Shown: positions 1 through 9,790 of the stretch, in pieces
Layout of the letters: each line of letters starts with the position of its first letter
Numbering within the stretch: the first letter of the stretch is position 1
Assembly (NCBI GenBank): GCA_043760555.1
Contig: JAYUOW010000127.1
Coordinates: 1 to 14,943, forward strand
Length of the DNA stretch: 14,943 bases
Reading direction: 5' to 3'
Source of the DNA: Betaproteobacteria bacterium
GTDB taxonomy: Bacteria; Pseudomonadota; Gammaproteobacteria; Burkholderiales; Usitatibacteraceae
The notes under the pieces: model-generated
What the model was told of the DNA's origin: nothing
The model's database searches: none
Seen by the model: the letters and a program-made list of their open reading frames with translations, nothing else
Made by a program: the position numbers and the translations under genes

Positions 1-151
1 CCAGCCCAACCTACGACGCTGCGGCGTGCGTGACCAACATTTTTTGAAGTTAGTCGCGTAAGAAAAACAGTGTTTAAGTGCGGAATCCTACCATGCGCCA
101 TCTACACGCACTGCACGATATACTAGCGGCATTACTTTTGGAGGATAAAAA

Positions 152-958
152 ATGGCAGCAGAGGACAAAGCAGGCGGCTTTCTAAGCGGTAAAAAAATTC
201 TAGTCACGGGCGTATTGTCGCAGCGGTCTATCGCTTACGGCATCGCCAAAGCGCTCAAGCGCGAAGGTGCAACATTGGCGTTTACCTACGCAGGCGAGAA
301 TATTAAAGACCGCGTGGTAAAAATTATTGCTGAGTTTGAAACTGATCTATTATTCTCATGCGATGTGGCTGATGATGCCCAAATTACGGCCACCTTCACC
401 GAATTAGCGAAACACTGGGACGGGCTTGATGGCTTTGTACATGCCATCGCGTTTGCCCCAAAAGATGCAATTACTGGTGATTTTTTAGACGGGCTATCGC
501 GCGAATCGTTCCGCATGGCGCACGATATTTCGTCCTACAGTTTTGCGGCGATGGCAAAAGCGGCCTACCCGATGATGGCGGGGCGCAATGGTGCCGCCCT
601 CACCTTAAGCTACCTAGGCGCTGCGCGCACTGTGCCCAACTACAACACCATGGGTGTGGCAAAAGCGAGTTTGGAAGCCACCACACGCTATTTGGCGGGT
701 AGTTTGGGGCCAAAAGGCATTCGGGTAAACGCGATTTCAGCAGGCCCGATTAAAACGCTGGCAGCCGCTGGCATTGGCGGCTTTAATAAAATTTTGAATT
801 TTGTAGAAGCCAACGCGCCCTTGCGCCGCAACGTGACCATTGACGAAGTGGGCAATGTCGCCGCGTTTTTATTGAGCGATTTAGCCAGTGCGGTAACAGG
901 CGAAATTACCTATGTGGATTGCGGCTTTAGCACCACCGCTGCGGGAATGCAGGAATGA
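152..958 (+). CDS. fabI: Enoyl-[acyl-carrier-protein] reductase (NADH), FabI
   Basis: 268-aa ORF. GGAGG Shine-Dalgarno at 139-143 sits 8 nt before the ATG. Near-colinear match to E. coli FabI, including GFLSGK(K/R)ILVTG, SIAYGIA, LAFTY, SSYSF and AISAGPI(K/R)TLAA. Stop overlaps the next gene's start as ATGA. Confidence 0.9.
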   Translation: MAAEDKAGGFLSGKKILVTGVLSQRSIAYGIAKALKREGATLAFTYAGENIKDRVVKIIAEFETDLLFSCDVADDAQITATFTELAKHWDGLDGFVHAIAFAPKDAITGDFLDGLSRESFRMAHDISSYSFAAMAKAAYPMMAGRNGAALTLSYLGAARTVPNYNTMGVAKASLEATTRYLAGSLGPKGIRVNAISAGPIKTLAAAGIGGFNKILNFVEANAPLRRNVTIDEVGNVAAFLLSDLASAVTGEITYVDCGFSTTAAGMQE

Positions 959-1848
959 AAAATTTTGAACATAAAGTAGCGATTATCACCGGTGCGGCGT
1001 CTGGCTTTGGCCTTGAATTTGCGCGTAAGGCAGCGGCTTTAAAGATGCGTTTAGTGCTTGCAGATGTGGCTGAAGACGCCCTAAATACGGCCATCTCCAG
1101 CCTATCATCGCAGGGATGCGAAGTGGTTGGCATGCGTTGCGATGTGTCAAAAGGCGAAGAGGTGGAAGCGCTGGGTAAACTTGCAATGGAAAAATTTGGC
1201 GCGATTAATTTGGTGTTTAACAACGCCGGCGTAGGCTCTGGCGGGCTGGTGTGGGAAAACACGGTAAAAGACTGGGAGTGGGTGCTTGGCGTAAACGTAT
1301 GGGGCGTGATTCACGGCGTGCGCGTATTTACGCCACTGATGCTGCAATGCGCTAAGGCTGACCCAAATTACGAAGGCTATATTGTTAACACCGCTTCAAT
1401 GGCGGGGCTACTTTCACCGCAATTGATGGGTGCTTACAATGTGTCAAAACATGCTGTGGTGGCGCTATCGGAAACGCTATTCCATGATCTAGCGGGTGTG
1501 GCAGCACCCATAGGTTGCTCGGTGTTATGCCCCGCTTTTGTACCCACGGGCATCAGCACATCGCATCGCACGCGCCCGGCAGATTTGCAAAATGAATCAG
1601 CGCCAACTGATTCAATGATGATGGCGCAAAAAATGACGCACAAGGCAGTTACATCGGGCAAATTAACGGCGGCTGATGTAGCCGACATTACCTTTGCTGC
1701 CATAGCAGAAAACAAGTTTTACATCATCACCCACCCAAAAATTATGGCTACAGTAGAAATGCGCTTAGAAGACATCGCCAAACTACAAAATCCGCGTGAT
1801 CCGTTTGGGCTAAAAGAGGCAAATCGGCCCGATTTAGCGAAAATGTAG
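955..1848 (+). CDS. Classical short-chain dehydrogenase/reductase (SDR) family oxidoreductase
   Basis: 297-aa ORF. N-terminal Rossmann motif [12 protein letters not shown] motif and YNVSK (YxxxK) catalytic motif. ATGA overlap with fabI stop (955-958) suggests co-transcription and translational coupling. Confidence 0.85.
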   Translation: MKNFEHKVAIITGAASGFGLEFARKAAALKMRLVLADVAEDALNTAISSLSSQGCEVVGMRCDVSKGEEVEALGKLAMEKFGAINLVFNNAGVGSGGLVWENTVKDWEWVLGVNVWGVIHGVRVFTPLMLQCAKADPNYEGYIVNTASMAGLLSPQLMGAYNVSKHAVVALSETLFHDLAGVAAPIGCSVLCPAFVPTGISTSHRTRPADLQNESAPTDSMMMAQKMTHKAVTSGKLTAADVADITFAAIAENKFYIITHPKIMATVEMRLEDIAKLQNPRDPFGLKEANRPDLAKM

Positions 1849-1881
1849 TAGCTGGATTACGCAAATACGTGCGTAAAAACG

Positions 1882-1915
1882 AAAACCGCGTGCATTTCAG
1901 GCGCGGTTTTCTGCA
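1882..1915 (+). terminator. Rho-independent terminator after the fabI-SDR operon
   Basis: Perfect 9-bp stem AAAACCGCG (1882-1890) / CGCGGTTTT (1902-1910) with an 11-nt loop. It runs into a T-rich tract (ttttct) about 35 nt after the SDR stop. Confidence 0.6.
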
Positions 1916-2024
1916 TTTCAGCCGCCCCCTTACTCAAAATAGCATCTACCGGTTTGTTTGCACGCAACACGGGGTTAATGTGGCACTGTTGCATCAATCC
2001 TTGTTTAACCAACGGAGCACCACC

Positions 2025-2834
2025 ATGAACACCACCTACACTTTAAAACGCCATTTCGTTGCCGCCGTTGTCACCGCCGCTGCGGCCTTGGCAGCCTTAG
2101 CACCGCTAAGCGCACAGGCGTGGAGCTGGAGTTGGAGCTTTGGTAACACCGTAAAAGGCTCAGGCAACTTCGTGACCCTTGACCGCCCAGCGGCAAATTT
2201 TAATGAAATTAAGGTGGGCTTATCGTGCGATGTGACCGTAAAACAGGGCATCACCGAAGGCGTGACTATCGAAGCCGATGACAATATTGCCGCCGATATT
2301 TCGGTAGAAGTAAAAGGCAACGCCTTGCATATTCGCCCTAGAGACAAAGACGCCCACTACAAAAGCAGCCGCACAATTCTTATCACCGTAAACGTGAAAG
2401 ACTTGCAAAAAATTAGCGTTGCAGGCAACACAAATACCACTATCACCGCCTTGAAAACTAAAAGCTTGAGCGCATCTGTAGCAGGTTCCGGTAATTTGAA
2501 CGTGCAGCAGTTAATTGCGGACGAGCTAAAAATTTCATTGGCAGGTTCTGCGGCATCAAAGGCTTCTGGCACGGTGCAAAACCTGACCGTAAACATTGCA
2601 GGTTCGGGCAGTATTGATGCACCAAACCTACAAACACAAACAGCAAAGTTGAGCATTGCAGGATCAGGCACCGCAACTATTTGGGCAAAAGATAAGCTCA
2701 ATATTAGCGTGGCTGGTTCGGGCACGGTACGGTATTTGGGTAACCCTGAACTCAAGCAGTCAGTAGCGGGAAGTGCTAGCGTGAGTCGTATAAACAGCCC
2801 AGCCAGCGCTGCGGGAGATGCTGCAAACAACTAA
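2025..2834 (+). CDS. Secreted DUF2807 / GIN-domain (putative autotransporter-adhesin head-like) repeat protein
   Basis: Start is the ATG at 2025 (GGAG at 2014-2017), not the far-upstream TTG of the listed ORF. N-terminal signal peptide MNTTYTLKRHFVAAVVTAAAALAALAPLSAQA followed by WSWSWSFGN. Repeated (I/V)AGSG(S/T) beta-strand motifs (ISVAGN, SVAGSG, SLAGSA, NIAGSG, SIAGSG, ISVAGSG) are typical of DUF2807. Confidence 0.7.
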   Translation: MNTTYTLKRHFVAAVVTAAAALAALAPLSAQAWSWSWSFGNTVKGSGNFVTLDRPAANFNEIKVGLSCDVTVKQGITEGVTIEADDNIAADISVEVKGNALHIRPRDKDAHYKSSRTILITVNVKDLQKISVAGNTNTTITALKTKSLSASVAGSGNLNVQQLIADELKISLAGSAASKASGTVQNLTVNIAGSGSIDAPNLQTQTAKLSIAGSGTATIWAKDKLNISVAGSGTVRYLGNPELKQSVAGSASVSRINSPASAAGDAANN

Positions 2835-2852
2835 TTAACGTTAAGGAATGGC

Positions 2853-3680
2853 TTGCTAAATAATTTCATCCAGTGGGTAACGAAGTCTAAATTAGCCACG
2901 GTTTTTACTAAGCCCATTCCGCCCATATCGCCCGTGTTATGGGCGTCTGCAACGGCTAACTATGAATTTGTGCGGCGTTTATCGTTAGAAGATCAAGCGC
3001 GATTACGCCACCTAGCCAGCGCGTTTTTAAGCCAAAAAACCATCAGTGGTGCCGATGGGCAACAAATTACCGAACTTGCCCGCGTACAAATTGCCGCGCA
3101 AGCCTGTATTTTGATTCTCAATTTGGGCTTGGACTATTACGATGGCTGGCACGAGATTATTCTCTACCCCGCCCAATTTACCACCGAGCACGAATACACC
3201 GATGCCGCCGGCGTGGTGCACCGCACCCGTAGCGTGCTGGCCGGCGAGGCGTGGTTGCAAGGGCCGGTGGTGCTGTCGTACGAAGACGTGGCAAATACGG
3301 ACGACGCGCATAACGTAGTGATTCACGAATTTGCCCACAAAATCGACATGCTAAACGGCGGCGCAAATGGCTATCCGCCGCTGCATAAAGCCTTAAATCG
3401 CGAAAAATGGAAGCAAACCTTCCTCCATGCCTATTTGCAGTTTTGCGAAGCCGTGGACGGCGTTGAAAAAAGCGCTGAAATGCTGCCGCGCAGGCAAGCC
3501 CATGCAGCGCTTGACGCGATTCCGATTGACCCCTACGCGGCTGAAAACCCTGCCGAATTTTTTGCGGTCTGTTCGGAAGTGTTTTTTGAAGCGCCCGAGG
3601 TGCTGGCGGCGAGCTTTCCGGCGGTGTTTGAGCAGCTAGCACTCTTCTATAAGCAAATACCATTAAATCGTCAATATTAG
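2853..3680 (+). CDS. mtfA: MtfA (Mlc titration factor A) family zinc aminopeptidase, peptidase M90
   Basis: AAGGAA RBS before the ATG at 2853. Colinear with E. coli MtfA: ILYPAQF vs LIYPAPF, HExxH motif VIHEFAHKID vs IIHEVAHKLD, and C-terminal DPYAAENPAEFFAVCSEVFFEAPE vs [24 protein letters not shown]. Confidence 0.85.
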   Translation: MLNNFIQWVTKSKLATVFTKPIPPISPVLWASATANYEFVRRLSLEDQARLRHLASAFLSQKTISGADGQQITELARVQIAAQACILILNLGLDYYDGWHEIILYPAQFTTEHEYTDAAGVVHRTRSVLAGEAWLQGPVVLSYEDVANTDDAHNVVIHEFAHKIDMLNGGANGYPPLHKALNREKWKQTFLHAYLQFCEAVDGVEKSAEMLPRRQAHAALDAIPIDPYAAENPAEFFAVCSEVFFEAPEVLAASFPAVFEQLALFYKQIPLNRQY

Positions 3681-3810
3681 CGAATTAAAGGCGTAATATG
3701 GCATTAACTCGCCATTTTTAGCGAATAATTTTAATATCAATTTAACTAGTCATAACTGTCGAATTGACTTGCATTATCGCCATTAAATCGCCATAATAAG
3801 CGAATTATGT
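3660..3810 (+). promoter_or_regulatory. hipBA control region: putative sigma70 promoter (TTGCAT-17-CATAAT) embedded in direct repeats, candidate HipB operators
   Basis: TTGCAT at 3769-3774, a 17-nt spacer, then CATAAT at 3792-3797. A predicted TSS about 3 nt before the hipB ATG (3807) implies a near-leaderless transcript, consistent with no SD. A 31-bp imperfect direct repeat CCATTAAATCG-N-AGCGAATTA occurs at 3660-3690 and 3780-3810. A third TAGCGAATAATT copy lies at 3719-3730, and CGCCAT occurs four times. Confidence 0.4.
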
Positions 3811-4199
3811 CATTTTCAAATTCTAATTTAATGTCTGACGACGCCATCGTGCGTGAGCTTGGTGAACGGCTTACGCAGCTGCGCTTAGCGCAGAACCTCA
3901 CCCAAGCGCAATTGGCCGCGCAAGCAGGCGTGGCCAAGCGCACGGTGGAGCGCTTAGAAGCGGGTGCGGCCACGCAGTTGCATAACTTTGTGCGTATTTG
4001 CCGTGCGCTTAATGTGGCAGGAAATTTTGATTTATTGGTGCCCGCCCCGGTTGCCAGTCCGCTTGATTTATTGCGACTAAAAGGCGAGCGCCGTATCCGC
4101 GCATCCAAAACTTCAAAGACCAAATCCGATATTAAATATGTTCGGCAGGATGCACCACCAACTTGGGCCGAAGCGATGAATCGCATGAAAAAACCATGA
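3807..4199 (+). CDS. hipB: XRE-family HTH DNA-binding protein, HipB-like antitoxin
   Basis: 130 aa. HTH_XRE core LRLAQNLTQAQLAAQAGVAKRTVERLEAG. Stop overlaps the hipA start as ATGA. The basic C-terminal tail (KGERRIRASKTSKTKSDIKY...) is longer than E. coli HipB (88 aa). Confidence 0.7.
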   Translation: MSFSNSNLMSDDAIVRELGERLTQLRLAQNLTQAQLAAQAGVAKRTVERLEAGAATQLHNFVRICRALNVAGNFDLLVPAPVASPLDLLRLKGERRIRASKTSKTKSDIKYVRQDAPPTWAEAMNRMKKP

Positions 4200-5506
4200 C
4201 CACCATCGCCGAAATTTCGCTGTGGGGCACGATGGTGGGCGCCGTGTCGTTAGAAGATAATGCCAGCGTTGCGACGTTTCAATATACCCCCTCATTTGCA
4301 AATAGTGGCTTTGAAATTTCGCCTATCATGATGCCCTTAAATGATCGTATTTACAGCTTCCCCACCCTCTCGCAAGCCACGTTCCACGGGCTTCCCGGGC
4401 TATTAGCCGATAGCTTACCCGATAAATTCGGCAATGCGCTAATCGACGCGTGGCTTGCCACCCAAGGCCGCATTCCCTTAAGCTTCAATGCCATTGAGCG
4501 CCTGTGCTACACAGGCGCACGCGGCATGGGCGCGCTGGAATACGCGCCCACGATGGCGCCACTATTTGCGCAATCACGGCGCATTGAAATTGATGCGCTG
4601 GTCGAGTTAGCGTCAGCCACATTAAATGATCGAAACAAACTGCAATCAAGCTTTAGCAATCTTGAAAACAAAACGGCGATGCAAGATATTTTGCGCGTTG
4701 GCACATCCGCTGGCGGCGCACGGGCTAAAGCCGTTATCGCGTGGAACCCGCACACCAACGAAGTGCGCTCAGGCCAAGTAAAAGCTAATTCAGGCTTTGA
4801 ATATTGGCTGATTAAATTTGATGGTGTAGCCAATAATTCAGACAAAGAACTCGCTGACCCGCTAGGCTTCGGCGAACTGGAATATGCGTACGCCCTCATG
4901 GCAAAAGCAGCAGGCATCAACATGAGCGAATGCCGTTTGCTAGAAGAAAACGGCCGCCGCCACTTCATGACGCGCCGCTTTGATCGTGATGCCTCAGTTG
5001 CCAACGCAGGCGATAAACTGCATATGCAAACCCTAGGCGCACTCAACCATTTCGACTTCAACCAAGCCGGTGCCCACAGCTACGAACAAGCGTTTTTAAC
5101 CATGCAACAATTACGCCTACCCGCAAGCGCCCTGCTGCAACAATTTAAACGCATGGTGTTCAACATCATGGCGCGTAATCAAGATGATCACGTAAAAAAT
5201 ATCGCGTTTTTGCTAGGCAAAAACGGCCAATGGCAACTATCCCCCGCCTACGACATCACCTACAGCTACAATCCCCACGGCGCATGGACAGCGCAACATC
5301 AAATGAGTGTAAACGGCAAACGCGACGGCTTTACGCTAGATGATTTGCACGCCTGCGCGCGGGTAGCCTCCATCAAACGCCCCGCAGCGGATGCGGTGAT
5401 TGCGGAGGTGCGCGCGGCGTTAAAGGGTTGGGCTGGGTTTGCGGAACAGGCAGGGGTTTCGGGTGCTTGGAGTGCGGAAATTGAGCGGAATTTTAGGAAG
5501 ATTTGA
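4196..5506 (+). CDS. hipA: HipA-family serine/threonine protein kinase toxin
   Basis: Start placed at MTTIAEISLW (ATG 4196, overlapping hipB stop) rather than the upstream in-frame ATG 4163. Colinear with E. coli HipA: N-domain; VGTSAGGARAKAVIAW vs ISVAGAQEKTALL (autophosphorylation loop); FMTRRFDRD vs LAVERFDRR; catalytic-loop region NQDDHVKNIAFLL vs ATDGHAKNFSVFI; SPAYDITYSY vs TPFYDIISAF. Confidence 0.85.
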   Translation: MTTIAEISLWGTMVGAVSLEDNASVATFQYTPSFANSGFEISPIMMPLNDRIYSFPTLSQATFHGLPGLLADSLPDKFGNALIDAWLATQGRIPLSFNAIERLCYTGARGMGALEYAPTMAPLFAQSRRIEIDALVELASATLNDRNKLQSSFSNLENKTAMQDILRVGTSAGGARAKAVIAWNPHTNEVRSGQVKANSGFEYWLIKFDGVANNSDKELADPLGFGELEYAYALMAKAAGINMSECRLLEENGRRHFMTRRFDRDASVANAGDKLHMQTLGALNHFDFNQAGAHSYEQAFLTMQQLRLPASALLQQFKRMVFNIMARNQDDHVKNIAFLLGKNGQWQLSPAYDITYSYNPHGAWTAQHQMSVNGKRDGFTLDDLHACARVASIKRPAADAVIAEVRAALKGWAGFAEQAGVSGAWSAEIERNFRKI

Positions 5507-5577
5507 TAGCTGGAGATGGCTGAAGATGGCCGATAATAGGGCATCTTCAGGCATATTATTGAGCAGAAATTCCGCCC

Positions 5578-5622
5578 ACAAAAAAGCCCACCAAAATAAA
5601 TCAGGCGGGCTTTCAAATTTTT
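5578..5622. terminator. Bidirectional rho-independent terminator between the convergent hipA and minus-strand glnB/small-ORF transcripts
   Basis: Stem AAGCCCACC (5584-5592) / GGCGGGCTT (5604-5612) with one mismatch. It is flanked by an A-run (5581-5585, a U-tract for the minus strand) and TCAAATTTTT (for the + strand). Confidence 0.6.
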
Positions 5623-5636
5623 GTTGCACTTAAACC

Positions 5637-5774
5637 CTATAAATACAACACCGCTGGAAACACCGCTGCGGCAAGCACTAATAGCACCCATTCGCAATTA
5701 AAGCGCTTTAGGTGACCGGTGTAGTAGAGCACGATGCATAGAATCGCAAAAACATAAAAAACGATAAGCGCCAT
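5637..5774 (-). CDS. Unlisted small ORF: 45-aa putative two-helix membrane peptide
   Basis: ATG at 5774 preceded by GGGAGAAAAG (strong SD, about 6-nt spacing). Translation MALIVFYVFAILCIVLYYTGHLKRFNCEWVLLVLAAAVFPAVLYL*, two hydrophobic segments separated by a charged loop. Lies 94 bp downstream of glnB on the same strand and is followed directly by the terminator at 5578-5622. Too short for the six-frame track. Confidence 0.45.
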   Translation of the reverse strand: MALIVFYVFAILCIVLYYTGHLKRFNCEWVLLVLAAAVFPAVLYL

Positions 5775-5868
5775 TACTTTTCTCCCTAAATACTGATGTG
5801 CTGGTGCTAAATTCGTTGAGTGATTTTCAGTTTTATATCGGACAGCAGCTTCACGGATTTAATGTTTC

Positions 5869-7856
<1,988 letters not shown>

Positions 7857-7869
7857 CAATACCTCTTCG

Positions 7870-9405
7870 TTATTTATCGGCACCAGTTTTGAAAGATGCT
7901 ACCTGCTTAAGCAAGCTTTCAATGCCGCCAAACACGCTAATGCGGTCAATTTTTTCAGTAATTTTTTCTAGCGTTTCAAGCTCTTTTAAGCGCAGCGCAA
8001 CTGGATTATCTTCCATCACTTTTGATGTGTTCATTAGCGATCGGGTTGCCGCTGTTTCTTCGCGACGCCTAATTACATTGGCTTGCGCGGCTTTTTCAGC
8101 TTCTACTACTTTGCCTAAAATGGCTTTAATTTCACCAGGCAAAATTAAGTCCTTAATGCCCAAGCTCACCATTTCAATGCCCTGCACTAATGCTTTTTGA
8201 TGCATGTAACTTAATATTTGCTCGTCCGTGCCGTTCTTATTTTCTAGCAAGCCATCGAGCGTTTTACTACCGATTGCGGCGCGCAGGGCAAACTGAATTT
8301 CTTTATAAATGAAGTCTTTATAATCATTCAATCCGGACACCATCAACTGCGCGTTAATAATTTTATAGCCCGCCGTTACGTTCACCCGCACCGGCACTTT
8401 ATCTTGCGTTAAAATTTCTTGGCCGGTAATTTCTATCATCGTCAATCTACCGTCAAGCTGCGTGAGCGACAAGCGCTTACCCGCGTGCCAATAGGCATAA
8501 AAGCCGGGCGACAATTGGCGCTCAAACATGCCATCAAGCTGCAGCAAACCTACATGATCGGGTGGCACTTCATAGCTCGTTACAAATGGCGTGAGCAGCT
8601 TTGCAACCGTAGGGCTTGCGCGCAAGGCCGCCACAATGTGCGGCTCTACAGCCATAAGTGATTGCTGCAAGGAGATTAATTCTGGATTAAGTGTCGTGCT
8701 GGCTAACGCTTCCACAGCGGACGCTGAAACATGCACCAACTCGTTTTGATCCCACCACACACAGAGCTGATTGTCGGCCGTGTTGATCGGCAATAAATAG
8801 TCAGCCAAAGCCGCACTTGGGCTGGCAAGTATGGTGCGCACAATGTCTTTATTTTCAATTACCTGTGCATTGCGCATTAGCACTAATTTCGTCTTGGGAT
8901 ACACCTCAAAATAAGCGTGCTTGCCGGGAAGTAAAAAATCACTAAACACATCATCTACAAACAACAGCGCAAAGCTGCCTGCGGCCACGCTCACCTGCTT
9001 GATATTCAAGCTGGAAACGCCCACCGGGAGCTTCGCTACCCATTCTGGCGGCACCCGAAAATTGTCCGCCAACTTTGTGCGCATTAGTGGCTGTGATAAG
9101 CCCTTTTTCCAAAACGCTTGCAAGGTATTTGGCGGCACAAAATGCACGCTTTGGCCGCTACAGGCAAGCGCTACTTCATCCACACCGGTACGCACAATTT
9201 CAAGGTGTGGTGCTAACGCAGTAGCGGCGCTTTTAGCCAGCCATTCAAGATCGGCAATTTGAGCGGGAAAATCGGTCAGGCTGTGTACTTCAACCTTGGG
9301 CGCAAAGGGTAAAAAATGACTGCCTGTTTCGATGACCTTATTAAAGCCAGTTTTACTAAAAACGAGCGCAATTTGCGAGTCTTGTAGATTTATTGTTCCG
9401 AACAT
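7870..9405 (-). CDS. SPFH/band-7 (stomatin/slipin-like) domain protein with a ~280-aa N-terminal extension
   Basis: 511 aa. AGGGAAGAAC RBS before the ATG at 9405. The C-terminal ~230 aa is a complete slipin-like SPFH domain (...VPVRVNVTAGYKIIN...LGIKDLILPGEIKAI...NPVALRLKELETLEKI...ISVFGG). No N-terminal transmembrane helix. Stop lies 14 nt before the nadE ATG. Confidence 0.7.
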   Translation of the reverse strand: MFGTINLQDSQIALVFSKTGFNKVIETGSHFLPFAPKVEVHSLTDFPAQIADLEWLAKSAATALAPHLEIVRTGVDEVALACSGQSVHFVPPNTLQAFWKKGLSQPLMRTKLADNFRVPPEWVAKLPVGVSSLNIKQVSVAAGSFALLFVDDVFSDFLLPGKHAYFEVYPKTKLVLMRNAQVIENKDIVRTILASPSAALADYLLPINTADNQLCVWWDQNELVHVSASAVEALASTTLNPELISLQQSLMAVEPHIVAALRASPTVAKLLTPFVTSYEVPPDHVGLLQLDGMFERQLSPGFYAYWHAGKRLSLTQLDGRLTMIEITGQEILTQDKVPVRVNVTAGYKIINAQLMVSGLNDYKDFIYKEIQFALRAAIGSKTLDGLLENKNGTDEQILSYMHQKALVQGIEMVSLGIKDLILPGEIKAILGKVVEAEKAAQANVIRRREETAATRSLMNTSKVMEDNPVALRLKELETLEKITEKIDRISVFGGIESLLKQVASFKTGADK

Positions 9406-9683
9406 GTTCTTCCCTAAAAATTAAAAGCCCTCAAAACGCCTTCCCCGCTAAATGGCGGATGGCGGGCTTGCAGCAGCGTTACAGTTTTGCCCTAATTACG
9501 CACAATATTGAAAACAAATTTAGGGCGCAAATTCGTTTTGAACACTGCTAAATAGTTTAGGTTAAAACCCAAAGCTGCCACTAAAAAACCTTGCCATGCA
9601 AAGCCAAATAACGTTGTTCGTTAATATAAGATTTCGCAGCGCTGAAACCTAAAACCACCAAACAGGAAATTGGCATTTTGAGG

Positions 9684-9719
9684 GGTACTACAGGAGTTAC
9701 TACCAGTTTTACTACGGAG
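9684..9719. repeat. Three tandem imperfect 12-bp repeats (GTACTACAGGAG / TTACTACCAGTT / TTACTACGGAGC)
   Basis: Read directly from the sequence. TACTAC recurs with 12-bp periodicity inside the 528-bp non-coding gap. Confidence 0.5.
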
Positions 9720-9756
9720 CGGATCATCAATCCGCATTTTGCGATTATGCTGCGTA

Positions 9757-9790
9757 ATTAAGGACTCGAACCTTAAAACCATTAAAAGGC
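9757..9790 (-). other. tRNA 3'-end-like fragment (T-arm plus acceptor 3' strand), possible integration-site remnant
   Basis: Minus strand reads TAAGG-TTCGAGT-CCTTA-ATTACGC-A, a canonical 5-bp T-stem with GGTTCGAGTCC T-loop consensus and a 7-nt acceptor 3' strand. No matching 5' acceptor strand, D-arm or CCA is present, so this is not a complete tRNA. Confidence 0.3.

Noticed and set aside
1869-2024. Upstream extension of the DUF2807 ORF to a TTG at 1869.
   Set aside because: The extension spans the fabI-operon terminator and encodes basic, non-signal-like sequence. The ATG at 2025 has a GGAG SD and starts a canonical signal peptide.
4507-5061. 184-aa minus-strand ORF inside hipA; similar antisense ORFs at 2357-2830, 3178-3663, 12345-12902 and 13613-13960, and same-strand out-of-frame ORFs at 13685-14062 and 3427-3639.
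   Set aside because: Each lies entirely within a well-supported gene and has low-complexity, Arg/Ala/Ser/Pro-rich composition typical of out-of-frame reading of GC-biased codons. No SD and no recognisable domain.
9406-9460. GC-rich imperfect hairpin (AAGCCC...GGGCTT) upstream of the SPFH gene that looked terminator-like on the minus strand.
   Set aside because: The stem is poorly paired internally and it sits in the 5' UTR/promoter of the SPFH gene with no upstream gene to terminate. Cannot be supported as a terminator or riboswitch.
9580-9726. 48-aa minus-strand ORF (MIRSVVKLVVTPVVPLKMPISCLVVLGFSAAKSYINEQRYLALHGKVF) in the long non-coding gap.
   Set aside because: No SD. Its VVK/VVT/VVP residues are merely the translation of the 12-bp TACTAC tandem repeats. 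Likely non-coding, though not excluded.
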